Positions 1 through 9,633 of a stretch of DNA of 64,000 bases are shown here, in pieces. Source of the DNA: Synechococcus sp. (GTDB taxonomy: Bacteria; Cyanobacteriota; Cyanobacteriia; Thermostichales; PCC-7336); the NCBI GenBank assembly GCA_051439425.1, contig JBFRWD010000078.1, positions 1 to 64,000 of the forward strand, written 5' to 3'. Made by a program: the position numbers and the translations under genes. Positions within the stretch are counted from its first letter, which is position 1, and the number at the start of each line of letters is the position of its first letter. Below the pieces are notes generated by a model. The model searched no databases. It worked only from the letters and a program-made list of their open reading frames with translations, and was not told the origin of the DNA.

Positions 1-134
1 TCTCGTTGCTTGAGCCAGAGGTCGATGGTGTTGCGACTGATGCCGAACGTTCGACTGATGTGGCTTTTCTTTTCTCCTCGCTCGATTGCTTTGAGGACTT
101 TCAGGCGTAGGTCCATGCTGTAGGCGGCTGGCAT
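1..134 (-). CDS. IS630-family transposase, N-terminal HTH part (partial)
   Basis: Manual translation from ATG at 134 gives MPAAYSMDLRLKVLKAIERGEKKSHISRTFGISRNTIDLWLKQR..., matching the YS-DLR-KV HTH start of cyanobacterial IS630 transposases. Not in the ORF track. Confidence 0.85.
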   Translation of the reverse strand, partial: MPAAYSMDLRLKVLKAIERGEKKSHISRTFGISRNTIDLWLKQR

Positions 135-194
135 CAGCGAGATGACACTCTTCAATCCAACTAATATGTCCTAACTGCCTGTTCTCTGGCAATA
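1..194 (-). mobile_element. Left end of an IS630-family insertion sequence, truncated by the window edge
   Basis: The transposase N-terminus lies at 134..1. About 60 bp upstream the minus strand reads TA-TTGCCAGAGAACAGGCAGTTAGGACA, a plausible terminal inverted repeat next to the TA target dinucleotide (193-194) typical of IS630/Tc1. The other end is outside the window. Confidence 0.65.
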
Positions 195-340
195 GATTAG
201 ATTCCCCTCCTCAAGGTCGAAAAGAACCAGAACAGCCATCCCCTTACCTAGAAAGGCTTTCCTTGCAATAATCGCGACGTTCGGACAGAGATGGAGTTAA
301 CTTGTACAATTTTGCTCCACACCCCGACGTGGAAACAGTG

Positions 341-763
341 ATGGCCCAAAACAGTTCTTCCAATAACAGGTCCTATCCGTTCAATACCCGAGCGATTCCA
401 ACACAACCCGACACAGTTGCCCCCGATGGTTCTAATGTCAGAATTCTGCTGGCATTGAGTGGGGGCAGCATGGCTCATTTTGAGCTGTTGCCAGGGAAAG
501 TTTCGACGGCAGTGGCCCACCGTACTGTTGAAGAGATTTGGTACATCTTGGAAGGAGAGGGAGAAATGTGGCGCAAACAGGGCGATCGCGAAGAAGTCGT
601 GCCCCTCGCCCCCGGAACCTGCTTGACGGTGCCGTTGGGCACAGCATTTCAGTTTCGTACCACCAGCAATACCCCCCTAACCGCAGTTGCCATCACCATG
701 CCCCCGTGGCCCGGCGACACTGAAGCCTACGAAGTCAACGGCTACTGGGAAGCACCTCAGTAA
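341..763 (+). CDS. Cupin domain protein
   Basis: Cupin motifs AVAHRTVEEIWYILEGEGEMW and VPLGTAFQF. ATG at 341 preferred over TTG at 302. Confidence 0.85.
   Translation: MAQNSSSNNRSYPFNTRAIPTQPDTVAPDGSNVRILLALSGGSMAHFELLPGKVSTAVAHRTVEEIWYILEGEGEMWRKQGDREEVVPLAPGTCLTVPLGTAFQFRTTSNTPLTAVAITMPPWPGDTEAYEVNGYWEAPQ
582..589. repeat. HIP1 octamer GCGATCGC (one example; recurs throughout the window)
   Basis: Palindromic GCGATCGC is visibly over-represented in coding and non-coding DNA across the window, a hallmark of many cyanobacterial genomes. Confidence 0.9.
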
Positions 764-934
764 TTCAGTAGCCCTCAATTGGGAGCAAACGTTTAGAGGT
801 GTCATCCCTTCGGGGCATCAAGCACAGAAAGCCATTGATAGCTCGCCAATCCAAATGCTTAGGAGCGTTTTCAGGCACGGACCGATGCAATTTTTGCCGC
901 CATTAGTGGAACGCTAAGGCATACAGCTTGGTAC

Positions 935-1444
935 TTGCTTGTGAATGCTGAAGAACTATTAGCCGCTTATGCCAGTGGCCAACGAGATTTCCATCAACTC
1001 GACCTCCCACAAGCCAGTCTCACTCGCGCAGATCTGCAACGTGTCAACATCGTCGAATGTGACTTTTACAAAAGTAATCTTTCAGACGCCAATCTATCGA
1101 ATGCAGTCATTCACCGTACAAATTTTAGGCGGGTTAACTTAAGCGGTGCCCTGGCAGCCCATTCAATCCTGCAACATACCAACTTGAACGAAGCCGATCT
1201 GAGCGGCACCGACTTCCGGAAAGCCAATTTAGTCGAGGTCGATTTAACCGGAGCCGACCTCATTAATGCTGATTTTTCAGGGGCAGATTTACAAGGGGCA
1301 GATCTGAGTGGAGCCGTAATCATTGGTGCCAACTTCAGCCAAGCCAACCTGCATCGCGCCAAAATGGACGACGTGGATATGGAAAACGTCACATTCGCAG
1401 ATACCATCATGCCGGATGGTCAGTTGCACTCGTCAGAAGGCTAA
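935..1444 (+). CDS. Pentapeptide repeat protein
   Basis: N-terminal NAEELLAAYASGQRDF motif followed by tandem A(D/N)LxX pentapeptides. Confidence 0.92.
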   Translation: MLVNAEELLAAYASGQRDFHQLDLPQASLTRADLQRVNIVECDFYKSNLSDANLSNAVIHRTNFRRVNLSGALAAHSILQHTNLNEADLSGTDFRKANLVEVDLTGADLINADFSGADLQGADLSGAVIIGANFSQANLHRAKMDDVDMENVTFADTIMPDGQLHSSEG

Positions 1445-1616
1445 TCAGAGTCCCTTTTACAGCCAGTCGAAGTCGATTCAGTTTGGCTCAATCAGCCGCA
1501 AAATTTAGTCAGCGGAATACTGCAATGCAAATGTCCATAGTGAGAGAATTGGACATGCCCAGCATGGCCCTGTTGCATAGCGTTGCACAGCCGTGGAGTC
1601 TGCATCCAGGTGTTTG

Positions 1617-1647
1617 AAAAAATCCCCCAAGCAACTGTGGCTTGGGG
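1617..1647 (-). terminator. Intrinsic terminator downstream of the 57-aa ORF
   Basis: Minus strand reads CCCCAAGC-cacagtt-GCTTGGGG followed by GATTTTTT. Confidence 0.7.
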
Positions 1648-1710
1648 TTGATCGATTCGAATGTCCCGATTGCTGTCGCCTCATCCTCCGAACGGGCAAC
1701 GCATAGCAGA

Positions 1711-1884
1711 CTATGCCTCGCTACTATCTCGCTCCAACTGAGATTCGATGGACGAGATTGTTGAGTTTAACCCCGCCAGTCGGGTTTCCATATCGTCACG
1801 CATCCACTTCAAAAACTTCAGCTTGCGCTCCTGATACTGACGGCGATCGACCTTTTCCCCACACATTGCAAAAAACGGGAACAT
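1711..1884 (-). CDS. Small 57-aa coiled-coil hypothetical protein
   Basis: MFPFFAMCGEKVDRRQYQERKLKFLKWMRDDMETRLAGLNSTISSIESQLERDSSEA*. AGAGGA RBS just upstream and a terminator downstream. Below the ORF-track size cutoff. Confidence 0.75.
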   Translation of the reverse strand: MFPFFAMCGEKVDRRQYQERKLKFLKWMRDDMETRLAGLNSTISSIESQLERDSSEA

Positions 1885-2118
1885 AATCCTCTGCTCTAAG
1901 TAACTCTACTTCTATTCTGATCGAACAATCCGTGGATTGTCCGTATCTTTAGTACGTTCCCGATCGCGAAGTCACAGTCAGAAGCTAGCGAACATTGTGG
2001 TCAAGCATCCCACCTATTCCGAGCAGCACTCACTCGAAGATGTCATCGATCGGCAAAGACCATGCGACAAGCCTGGGGATGAGAGTCTCCATTCTGCTTG
2101 GTCGATTTGACAGAGGAC

Positions 2119-2637
2119 TTAGGGCAACACTGTCAGCTCAGCCTGAATGGCCTCATCAAAATAGCGTGCTTCGACCATCCAGGTCCCTTCACTGGGAAGC
2201 GGGTACATCAAAAGAGCCGTCTCCTCCACCGAAATCGCCTGAGAACAGACTTCCCCTTGGCGGCCACCGACGGCCACTAATGTGACCCTGTGGCTCTCCT
2301 CATCAACAGCCCCTTCCAATCGTTCAAAATAATGGCAGCTATCGGGAAGAACTACCGATGCAGATATTTCCAGCGAGTCTTGTAAAGTCAGGCGATCGCT
2401 TGCCAATCGAATAGACTCCACCGGAAGTTCTACAGTCTCGGCCAATTCATGGCTGGAGTCATCTGGCTCAGCTCGAACTCCCCACCCTCCCGTCAACAGC
2501 ATCACCAACGCAAGTATGGCGATCCCTTGCGATCGAAGAGAATCGAGCGCTTGTCGAGACGAATCACGATTGCCACTGCCACTGGTCATAGCTGCGTACC
2601 CAACACAACATTCAACAAAAAGGTGATGTCGACTCAA
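2119..2637 (-). CDS. Hypothetical exported or membrane-anchored protein
   Basis: 172-aa ORF with a hydrophobic segment (IAILALVMLLTGGWG) and a C-terminal beta-rich domain with a Cys pair (PDSCHYF ... GEVCSQAI). Start uncertain. Confidence 0.6.
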   Translation of the reverse strand: MSRHHLFVECCVGYAAMTSGSGNRDSSRQALDSLRSQGIAILALVMLLTGGWGVRAEPDDSSHELAETVELPVESIRLASDRLTLQDSLEISASVVLPDSCHYFERLEGAVDEESHRVTLVAVGGRQGEVCSQAISVEETALLMYPLPSEGTWMVEARYFDEAIQAELTVLP

Positions 2638-2771
2638 GTAAACACCACCTCAACCCAGGGTCAATATTGCTAATCGTGGGCTAGAGACTTAAAGTCGGGG
2701 CATTGTCCTCACCCTACAGGCGTCGTCCTTTTTGCCAATCAGTCTGAAAGAACCCAGTCAGTTTAGTAGCA

Positions 2772-4703
2772 CTAGCCATTAATTTCTGCAGGCTGCTGAG
2801 GTTGGGTCCCTGGCTGCAACTTCAAGCGAATGCGCTCGGCGATCGCAGAACCTGTTAAGCCCAAATCTGCCAACGACTCTTCTGCCTTGGCATGGTCAAC
2901 CAACTTATCCGGGACACCAATGCGCGTCACAGTTGCAGAGACCTCGGCATCCAAAATGGCCTCAGCAACTGCGGAACCAAAGCCACCCATCAGACAGCCT
3001 TCTTCAACGGTAACCACTTTGCCAATCCGTTCCGCCAGCGGCAAGATCGTGTCCGTATCCAGCGGTTTCACAAACCGAGCATTAACAACTGTTGCTTGAA
3101 TACCGTGCTCGGTCAAAATTTCAGCGGCTTGCATGGAGGTGTGAACCATCGTGCCGTACGCCACAATCAACACATCATCGCCACTACGCAATAGTTCGCT
3201 CTTACCAATTTCCAGGGGCTGCCATCCCTCATCTGCCAGAGGCACACCAACGCCGCTGCCACGGGGGTAGCGGACAGCAATCGGGCCATCAGTATAGTTA
3301 ATGCCCGTAACCAACATGCGTTGCAGCTCCGCTTCATCTTTAGGAGCCATAACAACAATATTGGGGATGCTGCGGAGGTAGGAAATATCGTAGAGCCCCT
3401 GGTGCGTAGGGCCATCAGCTCCAACGACACCGGCTCTATCCATACAGAAAAATACCGGCAGTTTTTGAATGCAAACGTCGTGGACAATTTGGTCGTAAGC
3501 CCGCTGCAAGAACGTGGAGTAAATGGTCGCTACAGGTCTCATGCCGTTATAAGCCATCCCAGCCGCCAGCGTAACGGCGTGCTGCTCGGCAATCCCCACA
3601 TCCACGAACTGATCGGGCAGTTTTTCTTGGAAAGCAACTAACCCTGTACCGGTGGCCATCGCCGCGGTAATCGCCATAATGCGGGAATCGTCTTGGGCGA
3701 GGCGGGTCAGAGTGTTGGCAAAGACTTTGGAGTAGCTAGGAGGCTTGGGCTTAGTGGAAGGCTTGGGTTTACCAGTGGCAATATTAAAGCTGGATTGAGC
3801 GTGGTAGCCCACTTGCTCTTTCTCTGCCAGAGCGTAACCTTTGCCTTTGGTAGTTGCGACGTGCACCAAAATGGGGCCGCCAACATTTTGAACCAGCTTG
3901 AATACGTCCACCAACTCCTGAAGGTTATGGCCATCAACGGGGCCAACGTACGTAAAGCCTAACTCCTCGAAAATGATGCCCACCTTGTTGTTGCGCACGG
4001 TGGTCATCAGCTTCATATTCTCCTTCATGCGATCGATTTCAGGAGAAAGGCTGGATCCAACCAGTGGCAGGCTTTTGAGCTGAGCTTCCAGGTTGTCGGT
4101 AATCGACTGAAGCGGAGGGCTGATACGTAACTGGCTGAGGTAGCGGGTCATCGCCCCAACGTTGGGGGAAATAGACATGCCGTTGTCATTCAGCACCACA
4201 ATCAAGTTGGTATCGGGCATATGACCGGCATGGTTAATGGCTTCGTAGGCCATACCTCCCGTCAGCGCCCCATCGCCAATGATGGCGACAACGTTGTAAT
4301 CGTCACCGCGAGCATCGCGGGCCATCGCCATGCCCAGTGCTGCAGAAATACTGGTAGAGGCGTGACCAGCCCCAAAGTGGTCGAACTGGTTCTCAGTCAA
4401 CTTAAGGTAACCAGCAATACCGCCCTTTTGGCGCAGCGTATGAAAATCGTTATAACGACCCGTCAGCATTTTGTGGGGATATGCCTGGTGTCCCACATCC
4501 CAAACCACCTTATCTTTGTCAAAGTTAAGGGTCTTGTAGAGTCCTAATGTTAACTCCACGACCCCCAGCCCCGGCCCAAGGTGGCCACCAGTAGCTGCGA
4601 CAGTCTGCAAGTGCTTCTCGCGCATTTGCCGCGCCAGCTCTTTCAACTCGTCAACACTCAAATCGTTGAGTTGATTGGGATGAGAGATATCGCTCAGATG
4701 CAT
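2772..4703 (-). CDS. dxs: 1-deoxy-D-xylulose-5-phosphate synthase
   Basis: [38 protein letters not shown] (TPP binding), [19 protein letters not shown]. Confidence 0.98.
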   Translation of the reverse strand: MHLSDISHPNQLNDLSVDELKELARQMREKHLQTVAATGGHLGPGLGVVELTLGLYKTLNFDKDKVVWDVGHQAYPHKMLTGRYNDFHTLRQKGGIAGYLKLTENQFDHFGAGHASTSISAALGMAMARDARGDDYNVVAIIGDGALTGGMAYEAINHAGHMPDTNLIVVLNDNGMSISPNVGAMTRYLSQLRISPPLQSITDNLEAQLKSLPLVGSSLSPEIDRMKENMKLMTTVRNNKVGIIFEELGFTYVGPVDGHNLQELVDVFKLVQNVGGPILVHVATTKGKGYALAEKEQVGYHAQSSFNIATGKPKPSTKPKPPSYSKVFANTLTRLAQDDSRIMAITAAMATGTGLVAFQEKLPDQFVDVGIAEQHAVTLAAGMAYNGMRPVATIYSTFLQRAYDQIVHDVCIQKLPVFFCMDRAGVVGADGPTHQGLYDISYLRSIPNIVVMAPKDEAELQRMLVTGINYTDGPIAVRYPRGSGVGVPLADEGWQPLEIGKSELLRSGDDVLIVAYGTMVHTSMQAAEILTEHGIQATVVNARFVKPLDTDTILPLAERIGKVVTVEEGCLMGGFGSAVAEAILDAEVSATVTRIGVPDKLVDHAKAEESLADLGLTGSAIAERIRLKLQPGTQPQQPAEING

Positions 4704-5324
4704 AAGGAAACTGGCAGGTTTGACTAATTCTCACTATAAAGCGCGTTCTGGAATCGCAACTGCGAAATATCGATTGAGAACCGCAAAGTAGATTCTGCTG
4801 ACGATACGCCTAAACTTCGCTTCAGAATGTACGTAGCAAACAGTTTACTCTTTGTTCTTCGAGAGATGGCAAAGCGTTACATCAGTTTGCTGTGCTGCTT
4901 GGGGAGCAGCGCTTCAATGGGACAGCCAGACAAAACGAACATCGTCTGAAAAGACCACTACAGTAGTGCCAGAGGGCTCGCTCGTCCCGTACCTCACAGT
5001 ACTAGACTGCGCGTAGATTACGGTTGAGATTGACTGACTTGCATTCGAACGAACTTCAATGTCACCAGCCTGAATTTCACAGAATCCACTCCATCCAATT
5101 GAACCTAGTACGATGAAACCTGATGGGCGAATCGTTCGCCACCTGGCTTACTACAAAGCACCTGTTTGATGGCATCCCCCCACAGCAAGCCTGACAAATC
5201 GCTAGTCCCGATCGCGCTCAGACCGAAGATTTCAGTCAAGATTTCAACCGATTGCTTAGAATGCCCCGAACTCTACGTTTGCTTCCACAGAGTGAAAATC
5301 GTCTGGAGCTAGAATCATCGATGT

Positions 5325-5375
5325 TTCTACTCGGACATGTTTGAGAACCTGTCTCTCAAACATGTCCGAGTAGAA
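5325..5375. repeat. Perfect 22-bp inverted repeat with a 7-nt loop
   Basis: TTCTACTCGGACATGTTTGAGA-acctgtc-TCTCAAACATGTCCGAGTAGAA. Confidence 0.95.
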
Positions 5376-5416
5376 CTGACGAATAGCATACAGACCGGAA
5401 CAGTCGCGCGATCGCC

Positions 5417-8400
5417 ATGCCAGCTACCCCCTCAAACTCAGCCGCCCCCGCACAGTCAACGACCGAACGGATACCTGCTACTAAATCCAATGGTGTCAGC
5501 CAATCCAAACTTCTATTAATTGACGGTCACTCGCTGGCCTATCGCTCGTTTTATGCCTTTGCCCTCAGCCGCGATGGAGGATTGCGCACGTCTACCGGCA
5601 TTCCCACCAGCGTGTCATACGGCTTTACCAAGTCGTTGCTGGATACGCTAGCCCAAGAAAATCCCACTCATGTTGCCATTGCCTTCGATACCCGCCAGCC
5701 CACCTTTCGTCATGAAGCGGATGATTCCTATAAAGCGGGGCGAGCGGAAACCCCAGATGAGTTTTTTGAAGACATCCAAAATTTAGAAGCGTTACTGCAT
5801 ATTCTCCGACTTCCCGTTTTGAAAGCACCGGGGTTCGAGGCGGACGACATTATCGGTACATTGGCCACCACCGCCCCTGCAGGAATGGCGGTGCGGGTTC
5901 TGAGCGGCGATCGCGATCTATTCCAGCTAGTAGATGACGAGCGGGACGTCAAGGTGATGTACATGGGGGGCTCGTATGCCAAGCGATCGAATGGATCGGC
6001 AGTGCGAGAGATGGACGAAGCAGCTGTAATTGAAAAGCTGGGGGTACGGCCCGATCAAGTGGTGGACTACAAAGCACTCTGTGGCGATAGTTCCGACAAC
6101 ATTCCAGGAGTAAAGGGAATTGGAGCCAAAACGGCGGTGAAATTGCTAGGCACCTACGACACTTTGGCAACAGTGTATGCCTCCTTAGAGGACATGAAAG
6201 GGGCTGTGAAGGCCAAGCTGGAAAGCGGTAAAGATGCAGCCGATCATTCGCAGTTCATGGCTCGCATCAAAGTTGATGTTCCTCTAGGTGTGCAGTTTTC
6301 CGACCTCATGCTGATGGGGTTTGACGATGATGACATCGTGCCGATGCTGGAGAAACTGGAGTTCCAGTCATTTTTGAAGCGGATTAATGCGATGCAGGAG
6401 CGTTTGGGGGGGCGGATACTCTCCAACAACGTTGCAAGCACATCCGAGGCTCCGGCCAAGTCCAGTCCGACCAATAGTAATGCTGGTGATAGCGGCGGCG
6501 ATACTTGGTTTTTCTCCGCAGAAGACACGGCCCAGCAAGAAGCGCTCAAGCCCGATCCCATCCAGCCGCAGATTGTCGATACTTCCGAGGCATTGCAAGC
6601 GCTGCGAGATCGCCTCAAAACCCACACCAATCCTGCCACTCCCGTAGCTTGGGACACGGAAACGACATCGTTAGAACCGCGCGATGCCCAACTAGTAGGG
6701 ATTGGCTGCTGTTGGGGCAGCGGTTTGGACGAAATGGCTTACATTCCAGTGGGTCATGCAATTGCGGACGGTAGCAGCGATCGGAATCTCGATTGCCAGA
6801 TGGTATTGGAGACAGTGCGAGAGATTTTGGAAAGCGATGCCTATCCGAAAGCGTTTCAGAATGCGAAATACGATCGCCTGGTGTTCCTGCACCACGGCAT
6901 TGAAGTGCGAGGAGTGGCGATCGACACCATGCTGGCTAGCTACGTATTGAATCCAGAAGAGAGCCACAAGCTGAGCGAACTATCGCAGCGCTACCTGGGA
7001 ATTGTGGCTCAAGATTATGGAGATTTGGTACCGAAGGGGAAAACCATTGCCGATATCGATATCAATAACGCTGCTGATTATTGCGGCATGGATGTCTACT
7101 CCACTTACTTGCTAGTCTCCAAACTGAGCGAGGAATTGGCCGCCCATGGCAAGCTGAAAGAGTTGTTGGAGGGCGTCGAACAACCGTTAGAACCCGTGCT
7201 GGCAGCAATGGAAGATCGTGGTGTCCGGATTGATGTGGATTACCTGCAGGAGTTTTCCGTTCAGTTGGGAACCGATTTAGACGCAATCGTGAATCGGGCT
7301 TACAAGCACGCTGGTGAAACCTTTAATCTGGGATCTCCCAAGCAATTGAGCGAATTGTTGTTCGACAAGCTGGGTCTGGACACGAAAAAATCCCGTAAAA
7401 CCAAGCTGGGCTATTCTACCGACGCTGCCACCCTCGCGAAGCTGCAGGGGGCTCATCCCGTCATCGATGACATCGTAGAGTACCGCACCCTCGCCAAACT
7501 CAAATCCACGTATGTAGACGCCTTGCCCGCTCTGGTGCGCTCGGACACTCAGCGCGTCCATACCGACTTCAATCAAGCGGTTACTTCCACCGGGCGGTTG
7601 TCCTCTTCCAATCCCAACCTGCAAAATATTCCTATCCGCACGGCCTTCAGCCGCCAAATCCGCAAAGCCTTTATCCCCGAACCCGGCTGGAGGTTGGTTG
7701 CCGCCGACTACTCGCAAATCGAGCTGCGCATTCTCACCCATCTCAGCCAAGAACCTGTCTTACTAGAGGCGTATCGCAATAATGACGATGTCCACAGCCT
7801 GACAGCTCGTCTGCTACTGGATAAAGACACCATTACGTCCGAAGAACGGCGACTGGGGAAAATCATCAATTTTGGAGTAATTTACGGCATGGGAGCCCAG
7901 CGATTTGCCCGCGAAACAGGCGTATCAAGCCGTGAGGCCAAAGGATTTATCGATCGCTTCAACCAACGCTATCCCAAAGTTTTTGACTACCTCAGACGCA
8001 TGGAAAAAGAAGCGATCGCCCTCGGATACGTGGAGACCATTTTGGGACGTCGCCGCCATTTCACCTTTAATTCGGAGGTCTTACGTCGCCTGCAAGGCAC
8101 AGACCCCGACAGTATCGATCTTGACAAACTCAAGCTCACTCGCTTCGATGCCGGTTCCTTACGTGCCGCCGCCAACGCCCCCATTCAAGGATCGAGTGCC
8201 GACATTATCAAACTGGCAATGGTGAAACTGCACGACATTTTGCAAGGGTACCGGGCGCGATTGCTACTGCAAGTGCATGACGAGTTAGTCTTCGAGCTGC
8301 CGAGCGAAGAATGGGAGGAGCTGCAGGAGGTCATTCGCGACACGATGGAAGGGGTTCTAGCTCTGGATGTGCCGCTAAAAGTGGATATCAATGCTGGTGC

Positions 8401-8422
8401 CAACTGGATGGAGGCAAAGTAA
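5417..8422 (+). CDS. polA: DNA polymerase I
   Basis: 5'-3' exonuclease (LLIDGHSLAYR, EADDIIGTL), 3'-5' exonuclease (WDTETT) and polymerase motifs (ADYSQIELR, KIINFGVIYGMG, LLQVHDELVFE). Confidence 0.98.
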   Translation: MPATPSNSAAPAQSTTERIPATKSNGVSQSKLLLIDGHSLAYRSFYAFALSRDGGLRTSTGIPTSVSYGFTKSLLDTLAQENPTHVAIAFDTRQPTFRHEADDSYKAGRAETPDEFFEDIQNLEALLHILRLPVLKAPGFEADDIIGTLATTAPAGMAVRVLSGDRDLFQLVDDERDVKVMYMGGSYAKRSNGSAVREMDEAAVIEKLGVRPDQVVDYKALCGDSSDNIPGVKGIGAKTAVKLLGTYDTLATVYASLEDMKGAVKAKLESGKDAADHSQFMARIKVDVPLGVQFSDLMLMGFDDDDIVPMLEKLEFQSFLKRINAMQERLGGRILSNNVASTSEAPAKSSPTNSNAGDSGGDTWFFSAEDTAQQEALKPDPIQPQIVDTSEALQALRDRLKTHTNPATPVAWDTETTSLEPRDAQLVGIGCCWGSGLDEMAYIPVGHAIADGSSDRNLDCQMVLETVREILESDAYPKAFQNAKYDRLVFLHHGIEVRGVAIDTMLASYVLNPEESHKLSELSQRYLGIVAQDYGDLVPKGKTIADIDINNAADYCGMDVYSTYLLVSKLSEELAAHGKLKELLEGVEQPLEPVLAAMEDRGVRIDVDYLQEFSVQLGTDLDAIVNRAYKHAGETFNLGSPKQLSELLFDKLGLDTKKSRKTKLGYSTDAATLAKLQGAHPVIDDIVEYRTLAKLKSTYVDALPALVRSDTQRVHTDFNQAVTSTGRLSSSNPNLQNIPIRTAFSRQIRKAFIPEPGWRLVAADYSQIELRILTHLSQEPVLLEAYRNNDDVHSLTARLLLDKDTITSEERRLGKIINFGVIYGMGAQRFARETGVSSREAKGFIDRFNQRYPKVFDYLRRMEKEAIALGYVETILGRRRHFTFNSEVLRRLQGTDPDSIDLDKLKLTRFDAGSLRAAANAPIQGSSADIIKLAMVKLHDILQGYRARLLLQVHDELVFELPSEEWEELQEVIRDTMEGVLALDVPLKVDINAGANWMEAK

Positions 8423-8613
8423 ACAAATCTGGAGCTCGCGCTGCTTATGTTCGGTCGAACCTCTGACCTCACCCTGACAGGGCAATTCCTGAAGAGCAAT
8501 CCCAAGCAGGGAAATCTTTGTCGCGCGGCCCGACGCTGGGCGGCTCAGCACCCTGAGTTCAGGGATGGGGTACGGTAACAGCAGTTCGTGTGCCCCAGCG
8601 ATTAGACAGCATT

Positions 8614-9354
8614 ATGGTGATTCGACTGTGCAGATGGCTGCTCCTCATCCTGAGCATGACTGTTTTGGCAAGCTGCAGTACTTCCCCCTCCAGCAGTCAG
8701 CTGGAAGGACAGGTCTTGGACATCATTCGGAGCAACCCCGATGTAGTAATCGAAGCCATACAAGCCTATCAAGCAGAGCAACAGGCTGAGGCCCAGTCGC
8801 AAATCCTGGCTCAGTACGAGGTGGCGCTGGAAGGAATTGCCGCCGATCCAACTTCCGAAATTGGCCAGTCTCCGATCGCAGGTTCGGAGGATTTACAATA
8901 CGTCCTGTACGAGTTCTCGGATTTTGAATGTCCGTTTTGCGGGCGATCGCAACCGGTAATCTCGGAATTTTTAGACAAGCATCCAGACGTCACGTTGGTG
9001 TTCAAACACTTTCCACTGGTTCAAATCCATCCTCAAGCCATGCCTGCAGCCGAAGCTTCGTGGGCCGCGCAACAGCAAGACAAGTTCTGGGACTATCACG
9101 ACGCTCTATTTGCCAATCAAGACCGTCTGGGAGATCGCTATTACAGACAACTTGCAACCGAACTCAATTTGAATATGTCGAGATTCGAGCGAGATCGGCA
9201 AGCAGCAGCAGAGTCCATTCGCAGCGACATCGAACTGGGAGAGGCGATCGGATTAAACGGCACTCCATTCTTTACTCTGAATGGCATTCCTATCCCCGGA
9301 GCTGTCCCACTTGAGGCCCTAGAGTCTGCATTACAGCAAGCGAAACAATCCTAA
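8614..9354 (+). CDS. DsbA-family thioredoxin-fold lipoprotein
   Basis: Lipobox LASC, EFSDFECPFC active site, cis-Pro loop GTPFF. Confidence 0.9.
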   Translation: MVIRLCRWLLLILSMTVLASCSTSPSSSQLEGQVLDIIRSNPDVVIEAIQAYQAEQQAEAQSQILAQYEVALEGIAADPTSEIGQSPIAGSEDLQYVLYEFSDFECPFCGRSQPVISEFLDKHPDVTLVFKHFPLVQIHPQAMPAAEASWAAQQQDKFWDYHDALFANQDRLGDRYYRQLATELNLNMSRFERDRQAAAESIRSDIELGEAIGLNGTPFFTLNGIPIPGAVPLEALESALQQAKQS

Positions 9355-9494
9355 TCGCTCATCACACTGAATCCCGTCTGCAAGCATAACCACTGTCCGG
9401 ACCATCAAAACTGTTCGGAATACCAAGACAACGTCAGTTCGACGGTGCCACTTGTGTAGGATATGTTCCTCGCAGCGCGAGGGTTGGAGTCTCT

Positions 9495-9538
9495 TGCTGC
9501 CTTCACCCAATATGGGAGAAAGGGACTGGGGATGAGGG
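9495..9538. repeat. Short palindromic dispersed repeat (CCTTCTCCC...GGGAGAAGGG..GGGGATGAGGG type)
   Basis: CCTTCACCCAATATGGGAGAAAGGGACTGGGGATGAGGG resembles a widespread REP-like element of cyanobacteria. It lies between convergent genes. Confidence 0.6.
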
Positions 9539-9633
9539 CTATCGAACTCAGGCCAAGAAAAAATATACACCTAAAAACAGCTCGCTAGAGTCACCCTCCA
9601 ACGAGCTTCATGTGCTTCATACCGCTCTAGTTA

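Noticed and set aside
1943..1955. NtcA or LexA site upstream of the 57-aa ORF (GTATCTTTAGTAC)
   Set aside because: The spacing is GTA-N7-TAC rather than N8, and it does not fit the cyanobacterial LexA GTAC-N4-GTWC pattern.
2694..2717. Degenerate GTAGGG-type REP element after dxs
   Set aside because: It is a single, poorly paired copy that cannot be distinguished from chance.
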